From Tachypleus tridentatus (lineage: Eukaryota), in the NCBI RefSeq assembly GCF_004210375.1, contig NC_134837.1, positions 230,505,567 through 230,569,566 of the forward strand: a stretch of 64,000 nucleotides of DNA, given 5' to 3'. The translations under genes were made by a program, and so were the position numbers. The notes under the pieces are model-generated. The model worked only from the letters and a program-made list of their open reading frames with translations, ran no database searches and was not told the DNA's origin. Positions 51,197-64,000 of this stretch are shown here, one piece after another (positions within the stretch are counted from its first letter, which is position 1; every line of letters begins with the position of its first letter).

Positions 51197-51465
51197 TTGT
51201 TTGTTTTATAATTTTGCGCAATGCTACACGAGGGCTATCTGCACTAGCCGTCCCTAATTCAGCAGTGTAAGACTAGAGGGAAAGCAGCTAGTCAGCACCA
51301 CCCACCGCCAACTCTTGGGCTACTTTGACCAACGAATAGTGGGATTGATCACAACATTATAATCGCCCCCACGGCTGAAAGGGCGAGCATGTTTGGTGCT
51401 ACGGGAATTCGAGCCCGCGACCCTCAGATTATGAGTTTTCAACTTAATCACCCGGCAATGCAAGG
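51197..51465 (-). mobile_element. SINE family 1 copy whose head end is degenerate.
   Basis: Matches the consensus up to about 51430. Confidence 0.8.
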
Positions 51466-54400
51466 CCAAGTATAAGTGGAAAGGTTCAAATTATTGTTAA
51501 CTTTTATACTTGATATACCTTATAAAATATTAACAATTCAATTTTTTTTAAATTTTGAAATGAGGTCTCACGTCTATTTTTACAAAACTTAGTTATTGAA
51601 ACAAATGTGAACCAATACAACATGCAAAGAAGTTTATAAAATTTACTTAACACCTGCCACACAGAAAGTTTGATAAAAAAATATTAATTACGGAAAGATT
51701 TGGGTTGTTTTGATTAGACAATTAGAAGATGTTTGGCACTATTTTTGAGATTTAGATCACTGGCTGTAAATGTCAGATGAGGGAAGAACTTATCCGAAGA
51801 TATCTCAGTTAAATAGACATACCAGCTGAATCGGAGATTTGTCATTTGATTACTACATTGACAGAGAAACATAAAACCACGAGCACAATATAATCGTTGT
51901 CTTAAAGGAGAAATTGGGATCATACATAAGAAATTATTAGTCTTAATATTGTACGAAACTAAAGGTACAGTAAAGCCCACATATGTAGTGCTGGAGTTGA
52001 AGCAGTTGTATGATGCATTAAAATATGATTTCCTTAACAATTCTCAAATTAAAAATGCCACTTCTACAATGGAGAGTAAATATAAGAAGGATAACAATGC
52101 CCAGTAGGGTACCACCATAGTATAATCCATAGAGATTTCATTGTGTCATATTTTCAATAATATTACTTTTTTTGTTTTTCAATTTAGAAGCTGTGCTGTG
52201 TTTCATTCATCGAGGTCTGCTGACATAACCCTCAATTACTGGATTCTAGAATGGATACTCTGTTGACCCTCTTAGGCTCAGTGCAAAAGGATACTAGGCT
52301 GGCTTCTGTGACAGGGTGTTAAGAACATTTTCTAATTTATAAGTATTATACAACAGTTGCATCAATTTGAATATTTAAAGGAAAGAGAACATAAACAAAG
52401 CAATTTTTTTCTTTGGCGATGTTTTAAAATAACTATCTAACAACAAGGCCAAGAAGAAAAATCGTCGCATGTAAAAATAGGCAAATAAACCTTAGGTACA
52501 AACTGTGGAAAGATTAAAACCTAAATAACAGAAGTATCTGCAAAAGTTATAGTTACAATGGAATAAAGTTAACGCGAGATTTAATCTCTGTTAACAAATC
52601 TCACATGTGGAAAAAAAAGTTAAAGGCAGATATGGGTACTCGAACCAAGAAAATATTTCAAACAGCCAGTTGCTTTTGTAGGCAGCTATTGGAAGTAGTT
52701 TATTCTAATAAAACCTAATTACAAATAAAACAAGTTGGTTAAACCATTACGAGTGATAAGCAAAACTTGTCATCTCGTGTTGACTTTTATAGATAAGTAG
52801 ATAGACGACTGATCGTGCTCTGTGAAATGGTGCAACGCTTTTCATACGAGTTGTGGTACCGCAAGCGAATGTTTAGTATTAATGAGTTGCTTCACAACGA
52901 ATACTTAGCAATTCGACAGTGTAATATCACTAACTTAGATTTAAGGATGAAAAACAACTCACATCGGTTTTCTGGAAAGGATATACGTATGGTGAGATTT
53001 TTAAACGATTTTATAGTCTAAGGACACGATATTTGTAAGCAGAGAACCTCACGAAACAGCGCTTATGACAGCTACATTTTCCGAAACGACATCCCAAACA
53101 CCAGTTTGGACTAACATCATCATCTACAAAGCTTAAAGATTATGATTATGAAAAAAGAGCGTTTTGTATCCCAAATTCATTGTAATGAAGATGGGCGTTT
53201 GTCCTGATAGCATTAATAACATAACAGCACGAAGATTTGAAGACGATAGCCTCACAATTCAGAAAGTTACTAACTTAGATATAACGAAATGGGTGGTTGT
53301 TTTCTTAAAAAAAGTAAAATCTTAATTATTCCATTAAACCATGTTATGTTTTCTGTTGTAGCTCCAATGGACTTTAGTGCCTTTGGTCTGCTTAACTGTT
53401 GTCCTGTTTTTCTCCTTCGTTACTCGTGTTTGCTGATTTTATAAATTTTTATTCAGTAGCTTTAGTAGCAATATATATCGCAATATAATTTTAAATCTAT
53501 TAATTTCGAATTAGATTCCATAGTCTTATATTTGAAATCATCTGAAATTGTTTACGTATAAATTTGTTTATTTTTGCATAATTTATTTCTTAAGTTTCGT
53601 TTCTGTTATTTATAATTGTGGAAATATTTTAAAGAAAAAAACACCATGAGTAAACCAATCCATTCTTTCACGTGAGATATTCCAAAACTGATTTATACTT
53701 TTCAGTTTCAATTTCAGTATTAGAATTCAATATTTTGATTTGTTCTTTAAAATAATACGTTTTTATTTTAACTGTATTTTGTTTTATGGATGAGGTTATA
53801 TCTCTTTTTTAGGCGTTATAGTTGGATCTTTCTCGGTGTTTTGATCGATAATTTTTCATATTTCTTCTGGTGTTGAAAAGTTTTTTTTTCATTTCATCGT
53901 GTACGTAACTGATCCAGGTTAGTCTGGTTTCTTGTACATAGATATGTTTTAACCGCTTGATGTCTCTGCTTATCTGGTTCACTGAGTTTTGAATGTTGAT
54001 TCGCGAGTCATAACTATATATATATATATCTGTGCGATAATCCCCTTGTTCCTTGGTTAAATTTTAGTTATCCAACATATATATTGTGATGAGATAGGTT
54101 TCTTCTTTCCAAACAAGAAGATTTATTTCCTTGTGTACATTCTGGGATTTATTTGTTTTTATTGTTTAAAATTTTGTATCACATTTTACATGCATCACTC
54201 TACAATTCATTTTAAAATATTTTTTACCTGAGTTCTAAGTTCACTTTTAAGAGAAAAGATGGCGACACTAGCAACAAATAATATATAATTTTATTGTATA
54301 TTTTCTATACCTCAGCTTGGGTTCCAGATTACAGTGTATATTCCGGAAAGGAAGAATAACTGTCAAAAAACAGACAGAAAACAAATAACTAGACTTCTAG

Positions 54401-56559
54401 ATCTACCAGAAGAGTGAATGATTCATGCTATCATTTACAACCAAATAGTTTAAAAATAAACTTCTATAGTTTGAAAGACCAAGTGAGAGAATTCCCTACC
54501 AATCAACTTACCGTTTCAACTTCGATACCTTGTTCTGGTATCGACATAAAGGACAGACATTTTTCGATTCTAGTCTTTGGAACTAGTTAGTGTGTGATGT
54601 TTTTTACCTAAGTTACGATAACATAAATTATAATAATTTAATTTTAAAGTTGTTGTAACTTATACGATGTATTATTTTTTATTTAATTAATAAGATCATA
54701 TCCAAAATTTTCACCCATAAGTGTCAGAAAGAATACTTGACTTTGTTAAAGGTCTCTGAAAGAGAACTTACTTTCAGCTATAAGTGTATGAAGATGTCAT
54801 TTTAGGAGGTTTTCTATATATCATACTAATATGACCTTTGCTTTTGTGTGCTCTTTTATGAGAATCTCAGATGACATGAAATAAAAACATAAGACATGTA
54901 TGTATGGAATAGAACACTTGCCCTTCACAAATCTGGTACCATGATTATATGTAGTTTGTGAAGTTACGTTTGGGTTACCGATCAATACATTACAAATAGT
55001 TTCAACCAATGCCCAAATGTATCCAATCTTGCTACTTTGTGTTGGTCTGAATGAATAACATGACTTATCGAGAAACAATTATACAGTGTACTTAACTTTT
55101 GTTTTCGTTACTGCCAAAGAAAATACAAAATATGAGAATTGTTATTTTTTTAACTATGTCACCAAATTCGTTTTCTCATGAAAGAAACAGTTTTCTAAAG
55201 TGTAGTTTTCATAATTATCAAACTATGCCACACATAACTTAGTTTTTTCTTTTGATATAGAAATTTGTCAATGAAATAGTTTTTCTCTGACTTACTAACA
55301 AGTGGCAAGATTTTACAATAATTCTTTTGGGTTTATCAAGTGACTTAGAAAAATTGCTGAGAAACCAAAACATTATGTATTATTAACTCAGTTTGAATAT
55401 TCTAGAACACAATAATTGTTAAACTTCACAGCTTTATCGTAGATTAAAAGAAGGTAATATATTAAAAAAAACATGATTTAAAGTAGGTTTATTCTCATTT
55501 TGGTCACGTAATACCACTGAACTCACAACATAACCAATAACAAAATCTGTCAAACATATCTGTAAAATTCTGTGGCAATCTTGACCATTAATGATTACAC
55601 ACGAAGATAGAATTTGATTTTTTTTAAACCCACCTTCTACATATTAGAGACTAAAACAGTTTGAAATGGAAAACGTGTCAAATAATAATTAGATATTGGA
55701 CACTTTTAAAGAAACGAAACAGTATTCTGCACATTTCCCAGGAAGTTTAAGTCAAGTTATTATAAATCAATTAAATATTTACCGTGACGTCATGTTTTGT
55801 TATACCACCATGGTAAGAACTGGAGCCAAGACCAGCATTGAGAGACAGGTGGCTAACTAACACATAATATCAGCTACTTAGAGATTTTGGTGTTGCTGGT
55901 TTGGAATTGCATCAGAAAACATTGGTAATAGAAACTGTTAGCTGAAAAAAGTTCAACTTTGAAGGACAAAATACGTGCCAAGTTGCCTTATTGTTTTGCT
56001 TGTAATTTGATTTCACCGGAAATACTCTATTTTCATAAAGTTGTCAGGTTACAAATATTTTATATCTCAAGCGCACCTAATATACAGAGCTTTTTAGAAG
56101 TAACTTTCTTTCAAAAATTAACTCGAAAATTATTTCTAAATTTTTATTGAATTACGTGGTAGTCATTATAAAACTTCTGCTATTTTATATTATGTATTAG
56201 TCCAACATTAATTTTTAAGTTTCAAGTAGGCATAAATCGCAGAGGTGTAGGAGGGAAATTAAAAGTGGGGGAACCCAAGGTTTATTTGACCGAGCAAAGC
56301 GAGGGAACATGCGCAATAGGCGCACCCATTTAGGGTGGGGCCCAAGCCTCGCCCTAGGACTGTGGAAAGTCTTTAGTTCTGGGTTAAATTTCATGTATTT
56401 TCTTGCTCCTCCCACTTTATACGTTACTGAATTGTTATGTAATAAAATGACATTTGCAGAAAGTCACATAGTTGATTGGTTATTTTTGTGGAATCGAATG
56501 AGGCTCATTAAATAGTTAATTACACAATTTAAATCTGTTGATTGAATCACTTTGCACAG

Positions 56560-56790
56560 TTGATCGTAATTCTAGAAACAGAAGGTTTGATGGTAATTCT
56601 AGAAACAGCAGGTTTGATGGCAATTCTAGAAACAGCAGGTTTGATGGTAATTCAAGAAACAGCAGGTTTGATGGTAATTCTAGAAACAACATGTTTGATC
56701 GTAATTTTAGAAACAGCAGGTTTGATCGTAATTCTAGAAACAGCAGGTTTGATCGTAATTCTAGAAACAACAGGTTTGATCGTGTTCTGT
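56560..56790. repeat. Minisatellite with a 27-bp unit (taattctagaaacagcaggtttgatgg), about 8.5 copies.
   Basis: Read directly from the sequence. The ORFs on both strands here are repeat artefacts. Confidence 0.9.
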
Positions 56791-58249
56791 AGTTAGTCCT
56801 AACTCCATTTTTTTTAGATAAAGTTCAGCTTGTAAGTGTCATTATGTATTTGTGAACGTAACTCGGGGTTTGTAGACGTTATTTAATATTTGAATAAGTC
56901 AGGAAGTATTTGTGGCCGTTATTTAATATCTGTGGTCATCGTACGGTGTTATTAAACAACCCTAGGTGTTTTAAATCGTCTTTTGCATTCTATTCCTTCA
57001 CACGATATTTCGAAACTGAGAAATAAACTGAAATTAATATAACTTAAGACAAAGTAAAAGAGTTAAAGAAAACAAAACATATACAACAGTAAAACGAACA
57101 AAACAGAAAAAGAATAACAAAAACTGGTTATCAAACAAGTAGAATGTATTTAAGACTAATTTAGAAAACAGGTAAGACAAGCTTACGAGACAAGATAAAA
57201 ATAAAAACAGTTTAAAGAAGAAAAAGACGTAGTCAAACGAAGTTTCTAGTTTTAGGAAAATAAGAGCTTGTTTTTAAGATATTCGCAAAGCATCATACTT
57301 TGAACGTTTCGAGCTTTCCTTAAGCATCTTAGTGAAATAACAACTACTGTTTATTAGAAACATAAATTCAAGTAAAGAATTGTTTTTAAGATAACTTTAG
57401 TATTTTGCTAAACTAGGTCAATAACGACTTGGAGTATTTTTAACTTTGTAATTTAGATATTGCAACTGATATTAATTGTAGCTTTTAAGTGCCGCACACT
57501 CGTTTTATAATATACAAATAGAATATCTGAAATGCAATTATTTGCGTTCAAAAGAAGTATTCACGTGCCTCGTGAACACCAAAACAAAACACAAAAACGT
57601 TCAGTATCTAAGCGGTATTTAGTACAGAGTACGTTGTGATATCAATTAACAGCCTTAGAGACATAACTTATAAAATGTCAGTTTTTCTTGATATCCATTA
57701 GTAGCCTTTGAGACAGAACTTGTAAAATTATGCTTGCTGAAAAACTAGAATACCGTATAATCAATTAGAATAGTCTGTGGCCAATTAATAGCCAAGATTT
57801 ACTTCAGTGAGATCAGTGGCCGGTTATTAATTAAAATTCAAACTCCATTTGTTGTCAGTGTCCAGTTGTTAGCTCAGTGTCAGACTCCAGCTAAGCACAT
57901 TCACCAGTTTGTTATGGCGTTGTAACTTTGTACTCATTACATACTTTGTTTGTCAGGTTTGTTATTATTATTTTCTTAATTGCTATCACAAAATTGGTAT
58001 AAATAGAATGAACAACAAAACCGAAAGACAAAATGCAGGTATTGTTATAAAAGCAACATTCGAGATTTAATGTTGTTACACACATATAAATATTTGAGTA
58101 GATGAAAAAACTTCTTTAAAAGCTGCAGCATAATAGTGCTAAGTAATTTAACTACTCAATCAAGGAGATCAGTGATGGCCAACCAATAGAAATCTCCCTG
58201 TAACTTAAAAGAAATAAGTTAGCAGCATAAGTGGATCGCGAGTGTTCGT

Positions 58250-58860
58250 TATATCTGTAAATGATAATAACAGGTGATAATACAAGTGATAACAACAGAC
58301 AAAGTGATATCTGTAACTGGTAACTGCAGGCCAACTGATATTTGTAACTGGTAGCAGCAGGCTAAATGATATCTACAAGTGATAACAACAGACAAAGTGA
58401 TATCTGTAACTGGTAACTGCAGGCCAACTGATATTTGTAATTGGTAGCAGCAGGCTAAATGATATCTACAAGTGATAACAACAGACAAAGTGATATCTGT
58501 AACTGGTAACTGCAGGCCAACTGATATTTGTAACTGGTAGCAGCAGGCTAAATGATATCTACAAGTGATAACAACAGACAAAGTGATATCTGTAACTGGT
58601 AACTGCAGGCCAACTGATATTTGTAACTGGTAGCAGCAGGCTAAATGATATCTACAAGTGATAACAACAGACAAAGTGATATTTGTAACTGGTAACTGCA
58701 GGCCAACTGATATTTGTAACTGGTAACTGCAGGCCAACTGATATTTGTAACTGGTAGCAGTAGGCCAACTGACATCTGTAACTGGTAGCAACAGGTCAAC
58801 TGATATTTACAAGTGATAACAACAGGCCAACTGATATATGTAAATACAGGTGTACTGTTG
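58250..58860. repeat. Minisatellite with a 93-bp unit built from three diverged 31-bp subunits, about 6 copies.
   Basis: gtgataacaacagacaaagtgatatctgtaactggtaactgcaggccaactgatatttgtaactggtagcagcaggctaaatgatatctacaa repeats. Confidence 0.9.
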
Positions 58861-61800
58861 TTAAAAATTTAAATATAAACTTTGTTAATTTTTTGTACAT
58901 CGAACTTTTAAAACGGTCAGTAGAGAGACTGGTAGTCTGTTTCCTAGTATTCACTATCAGAGTTTTAATAAACTGAATAAAATGTTCATTTTTCATTTAG
59001 GTGTATCATTACTGGTTTATGAGTTGTATTCCTTGAGGGCTGCACGTGTTGCCCGCGATTACTTTAGTTCGCCCTCCATTTAAGGGAACTGGCTCTTCGC
59101 AAAAAACGCTTTAGCTACCCTAAAAACTCGGTTACATAAATGTGGAGCGCCATAAAGATGCTGAAATCGACATTACGTTAAATTTTGAACAAAAGAACAA
59201 AAACGTACTGTAAGGAAAGAAAATGCCAAAACATGAAAGGTATAAAAAAACCAACAACACACACACTTAAAAGTGACATCTATTAAAACATCACATGAAC
59301 AGTGAGATAATAAATAATTTTCATCATTTTATGTCTTGGACTGATATATACACGGATGTATAGATTTGTGATTGGAAACAATAGAAAAAGCTATTTAAGT
59401 ACGTAAAACATCAGGGCAGTTCCAGTTCTAATATACTTCACTTTGTAAGATACAGAAAAAAAATGTTATTTTAAAAATATTATACAAAGCACATAAAAAG
59501 GGCATATTTAGAAATTATGTGTTTCCTTCTACTGTAACTGTTTGTTTTATTTACCTTAGGGCTAATGCTAGTTATATTCCGTGCCTGACACGCTATTTTA
59601 AAGTGTTATTTAGTTAATGAGCTACACAATAAACAATTGAAGTAGGTTAATTCATAAAGCGTTGCCGTCCAAAATACGTATCGCTCAAAGAAAGTAAAAG
59701 CATTTCAAACACCTAAATTTTAACTCATTCAAGACTGATTTATATAGGAGAAACGAAAATATAAAATGTATAGAAAATAACTTCTCTCACTCACCGTCGG
59801 ATTACAATACTCAAGCTCTGGGAGCTTGTATTTTAGCATTACTTTCACGCCTGGTTATTTTATTGAGGTACTAAAATGGCTAAATAACATATATTGTTTA
59901 GTTACCAGTAGCTACCACAAGTTGATGTTTGTTTTATTCTGTTTACATTTTATTCTTACTCTTGTGTAGAACTGTGCGAAGTTAGGGTAGCAACTGTTAC
60001 CAGGAGTAACACCATATTATTTTGTTGTGCACTTATTATAGTTACCTATATTTATTGGCGTCTTACCTGGTATACGATTTCAGAAAAACATTGTTTGTCA
60101 CTCAAGTTATAATATACATACTGTCCATATTTAGTCGTTTTTGTTCTTTGTTTACGTGGGAAATGTTTCTTTCCGTTTCCTTGTACCAGAAATATAACGC
60201 GAATTTTTAAATTACATGTCAGAAAAGAAATTCTACGAAGCTTTGATAGAATCTTAATGAGTGTGCCCATTAGACTTGACATAAGGAGAATTACTTGACG
60301 TTATAGCAAATTCCCAAGGATAGTGTAGCATTACTTTTAGCATAACTACTGTTATGATCTTAATTCGTATGACTAATACAATTGTAAAATACTTGCGAAG
60401 ATAGCTAATCAAGTGGCTTGTACACAGTAACGAAAATTCCCGTACAACACACACAAGTAAGAGTAACAGCTCGTATGTAGTTTTCTCTCTTGGCTAGACA
60501 CAAACTCTGATCAAAATGTGGAATTGTAAGCTATTTATTTAGTCTTGCTACTTTCTAATTCACACGATAAAATGAATTACTTTCATCTCCCTCTCACAAT
60601 TCATGCTAAAGATGATCATTTGGAACTATTTTGAGGACATGAAATGGAATACAGTTTGTCTCTTAATGATGCTCTCAATTTGTTGTGATACTGATAATTT
60701 ATAATATTCTTATATTTTACCCAGAAATATTTGAGACACTAGATTATGTGCTATTCTTCACTGAAGATCACTGATCCACTCTGTGCTTTCAGGCGAGTGT
60801 TTTATTATTTCTTAAAAATTAATGTAATAATGATTGGGGAAATTGATCATTGCCGTAGAGTTTGGCGATTCGCCCATCATGTGTGGAACAGGCAATAATT
60901 TCACCTTTTCCTAAACAGTGAAAATTATATTTTTATTTGAGTGATTTACGCAATATTTCAAAATTATTGCGCAGTTTCCCTGCATGTAGTGTTGACTGGA
61001 TGCTTGAAGGTCGTGAACATGTGGTAATAGTTTTATACGTATAAAAGTTACGTACTACAGCCTTTGTTCTTAAGTCACAATTAGCATATACAGGTTTTTG
61101 TTTGGACTGCTAGGAAGGTAGCCTATTCAAATATATAATACAGAAACTTGTGGAGCTGGCTTGTAATGGCTTATAAATACGCTTAATCTCTTGGTTTAAG
61201 TATGAATTACGTAAAAATGTGTGGGATATCGTATTAAGGCTTTGGTCTAAGTATAAAAATTGAATTCTTACACTATTATGTCTCTCATTTCTCGTGATTT
61301 TCTCTTTTTCTTGTACTACATGTATTTTTTAAATCTAGTAGCCAGATAATAGTCCCACAGATTAGGGCTACGTTAGCCAATTATTTTGTAACTTGGTGTG
61401 AATAAAGATTTGACTTATCATCAAATTTACAGCTTTTCCCGGATGCTGCATAACCCAACAGATAGTGCTCCACCAACCTAAGTTAATTATAATACACAAT
61501 TACCTCTCACCTTACATGATATTAAATAATCAGTCATTGATTTAACTATCAGTATGTATAATACAATCTGCACAACTTAATATCTTTTTTTCCCCAATAG
61601 GATTAAATCTTAATTTCACGTGTGGGGCTGAAGAGGAAGAACTGTCTCTGAACACGTCTGGTTGACAAACAAGCCCCTTAATTACTGTCAAATCGAAGTA
61701 AACAATTTTATTTGTTTATTCACTCGTGTTCTCTTATTTTCCCTTGCTTTCATTGTTCAATTTATGCTTTGTTTAACAACACTTAGCATGTATGTTTATG

Positions 61801-63768
61801 GGAATTATTAGGTTCTCTGTCAGGCATCAGTTGAATACCACACTTCCACATTATCCAGTAAGAAAAGTACTGGCAGCTCAAATATCGCCCTTTAAATGTT
61901 ATTCCTTAAGTTATTTGAATGAATTTAGTGCAAAAATATGTGTAATGCAAAATGAAAACAATATTTATTTATTCACAGAGATTTTTAAAACACAGTGTGT
62001 GTACTTGCTTTCTGCTTACTGGCTGGTTACTTTTTATTGGACTCTTGAATCTGTCAAGTTGCTTTCTTTACTCATGATGTCTTTCCACCAATCAATTATC
62101 TTAAGAACCTTCGTAACGAACAAATCTAGCATTTTTATTTAACTGGAAATGATGGAATAATCCACGTGACTTCATTATCATTCAATACAGGAGAGAACAT
62201 AACTTTTAAATATTATCTAGTCTATCATTAAATAATACCGTATACATCTAGAATTTACGAAGAAATCAAACATTCTATTTTAAAACAAGAAAATAAAAAA
62301 TCATAGTATGTTTACAAACGACATATTTTCTCTACTTTTTGTTTTAGGCTTGTTCTCAAGCCAACATTTAAGTTTTACTTTAAAACCAGCAAATACATAT
62401 CACATGGATGATACAACCATTGAACAAAGAATTAAAACTCAAATCATTTAACTATGGATAGGTTAAAGTGTGCATTTCGAGATCGTTTAAAGAATGATAT
62501 TAAACATTTATTTAAAATGCTTTATTATTAATGTATATAAATTAACTTAGTATCAAAACGTAGCTAATAAATCACATTCTAATGTTATATATTTTAAGTT
62601 CTAACTTTATAAGAAAATATTTGAGTAAATCTAAAATTTCTCTTAATATGAAAATTGTGACATGACATTTATTCTCCAGATCTTCTTTAATTTATTTATC
62701 ACTCTTCTTACAAATTTTATAGCATTCAGTCTTTTTGTTCATGGAGTCATAAACTAGAAAAGCAGAGCCATTTTCAATGCCAAATCGCCAAATCTTCTCT
62801 TTTACAGGTTGGTAATGCTTCTCTCTGATGCTTTGTATTATATAATTGATATTCAACAGAAAGGCAAAACATTACTCTATCAAATAATGTATAATGATAT
62901 TTTGTGTTTAATACAGAGTATTATCAATTTTATCTTGAGCTTGAAGATTGATTCTTATGGTGTTCAGACTGAGCAGCTAAGGGAATCATTTTAAGACTCT
63001 CTTGTCTTAGAAAGCCAGTTAGTTTATACAGAATTATAAAATATTGTTTGATTTGTGCGTTATTATTTTGGGCTCTTAGGCTCATTATTTAAGAACATAA
63101 AAAAACAATGTACTAGTACCATCATATCAAAATGTAGGTTTACATTTCATCAGAAACTGAGAGCAAACAAAAGCTAGATTTTGTAAAATAATATATATAA
63201 TAAAAACTATTATTAACTGGCTGTGTTTGTTCCCGAGCAGCTCGTGCATTGCGTCATTCAATACTGTCATGTAAGATAAACATTTGCTGAGAGGTTTAAA
63301 ACTTGTGTGTTGTGAGAATTAGTTAGACATGGTCCAAAGGACAATAAACCAGTAAAATTAGGAGTCTTAAGTTATTTAAGATAAACAGCTTTCGTTTTGT
63401 CACGACCTGTAGTCATTCTGGAAAACAGGATAATTTAGGCTTTTTTAGTATTTTAATGGTGGTTAATAGGTCGATCAGATCGACCAAATTCAAGTAGAGT
63501 TAGACTAGAGAAAATAGCATATAAGGTTCCAATGACAAAAATTGTTTGCTATTTATTTTGCAGGTTTTAGAAATTAAGCAGATGAAATCTAAAGATTTTC
63601 AATTGTAGAAAGGTATTTTTCATTTTAACATGAAAATCACTTTGCACTAGGTGCAGTCAGTATTCTGACTTGATATCTTCGTAGGCAAATGTTTAGTAAA
63701 AATATTTAATTTAAAACAACGTACTTCTTTCAGTGGAGAAGAGTTGTAATGTAATGAAGATATGTGTG

Positions 63769-64000
63769 TAACTTTAACATTCTGTTTATAGTTCTAGTAT
63801 GTATAACCTTAACATTCTGTTTATAGTTCTAGTATGTATAACCTTAACATTCTGTTTATAGTTCTAGTATGTATAACTTTAACATTCTGTTTATAGTTCT
63901 AGTATGTATAACCTTAACATTCTGTTTATAGTTCTAGTATGTATAACCTTAACATTCTGTTTATAGTTCTAGTATGTATAACCTTAACATTCTGTTTATA
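63769..64000. repeat. Minisatellite with a 35-bp unit (gtataaccttaacattctgtttatagttctagtat), at least 6.5 copies, running off the window end.
   Basis: Read directly from the sequence. Confidence 0.9.

Noticed and set aside
655-51465. Possible tRNA genes (cloverleaf-like segments such as ggccaggtgggttaaggcgttcgactcgtaatctgagggtcgcgggttcgaatcccg)
   Set aside because: Every instance is the head of a multi-copy SINE followed by the same non-tRNA body and tail. Acceptor stems are imperfect and the copies are mutually diverged. They are tRNA-derived, not tRNA genes.
56215-56420. Locally GC-rich block (…gcgcaataggcgcacccatttagggtggggcccaagcctcgccctagg…), a possible CpG island or promoter
   Set aside because: It is too short and isolated, with no adjacent ORF or exon signal. 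It could be another repeat fragment, and by inspection alone I cannot support a call.
56516-56796. Three overlapping 84-aa ORFs on both strands
   Set aside because: Artefacts of the 27-bp minisatellite. Any frame stays open through a short-period repeat. There is no start or splice context.
58249-58791. 180-aa minus ORF with a repeated YQLQISVGLQLPVTDITLSVVITCRYHLACC
   Set aside because: It lies entirely within the 93-bp minisatellite, so it is a periodicity artefact in AT-rich non-coding DNA.
56560-58860. CRISPR-like regular repeats
   Set aside because: This is eukaryotic DNA. The arrays are pure tandem repeats with no unique spacers of constant length and no cas genes.

Overview
This window is AT-rich (~1/3 GC) and TE-dense metazoan DNA, very probably arthropod; it is not prokaryotic, so operon or CRISPR-style annotation does not apply. 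The one host gene I can support lies on the minus strand and has at least two coding exons: 33747..32474 and 22084..21029. A GT donor, a polypyrimidine-AG acceptor and matching phase 0 join them across a ~10.4 kb intron. The junction reconstitutes a complete six-cysteine chitin-binding peritrophin-A (CBM14) domain, C-x14-C-x5-C-x10-C-x12-C-x7-C. The terminal exon then carries about 16 tandem 15-aa Pro/Ala/Ser/Thr/Tyr repeats (YRSPS[EV]AAPPPAT[SN]Q, 45-bp DNA period with a 90-bp higher-order unit) and an AATAAA overlapping the stop. This looks like a peritrophin/mucin-like secreted structural protein whose signal-peptide exon is not located. The intron is a transposon graveyard, all large insertions antisense to the gene: a nearly intact Hsmar1-like mariner (one in-frame stop, perfect ITRs, TA duplications), a Tigger/pogo element with TIRs and TA duplications, and a gag-protease-truncated-integrase LTR-retrotransposon fragment. 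Elsewhere there are two Buster-type hAT transposase pseudogenes, a ZMYM1-like hAT fragment, and a LINE reverse-transcriptase fragment. There are at least 13 copies of a ~270-bp tRNA-derived SINE and about 14 copies or fragments of a ~120-bp tRNA-like SINE that shares its 3' tail module with the first; one copy is nested inside another. The window also holds three minisatellites (27, 93 and 35 bp) and a ~185-bp near-identical direct duplication. No rRNA, genuine tRNA gene or CRISPR array is supported.
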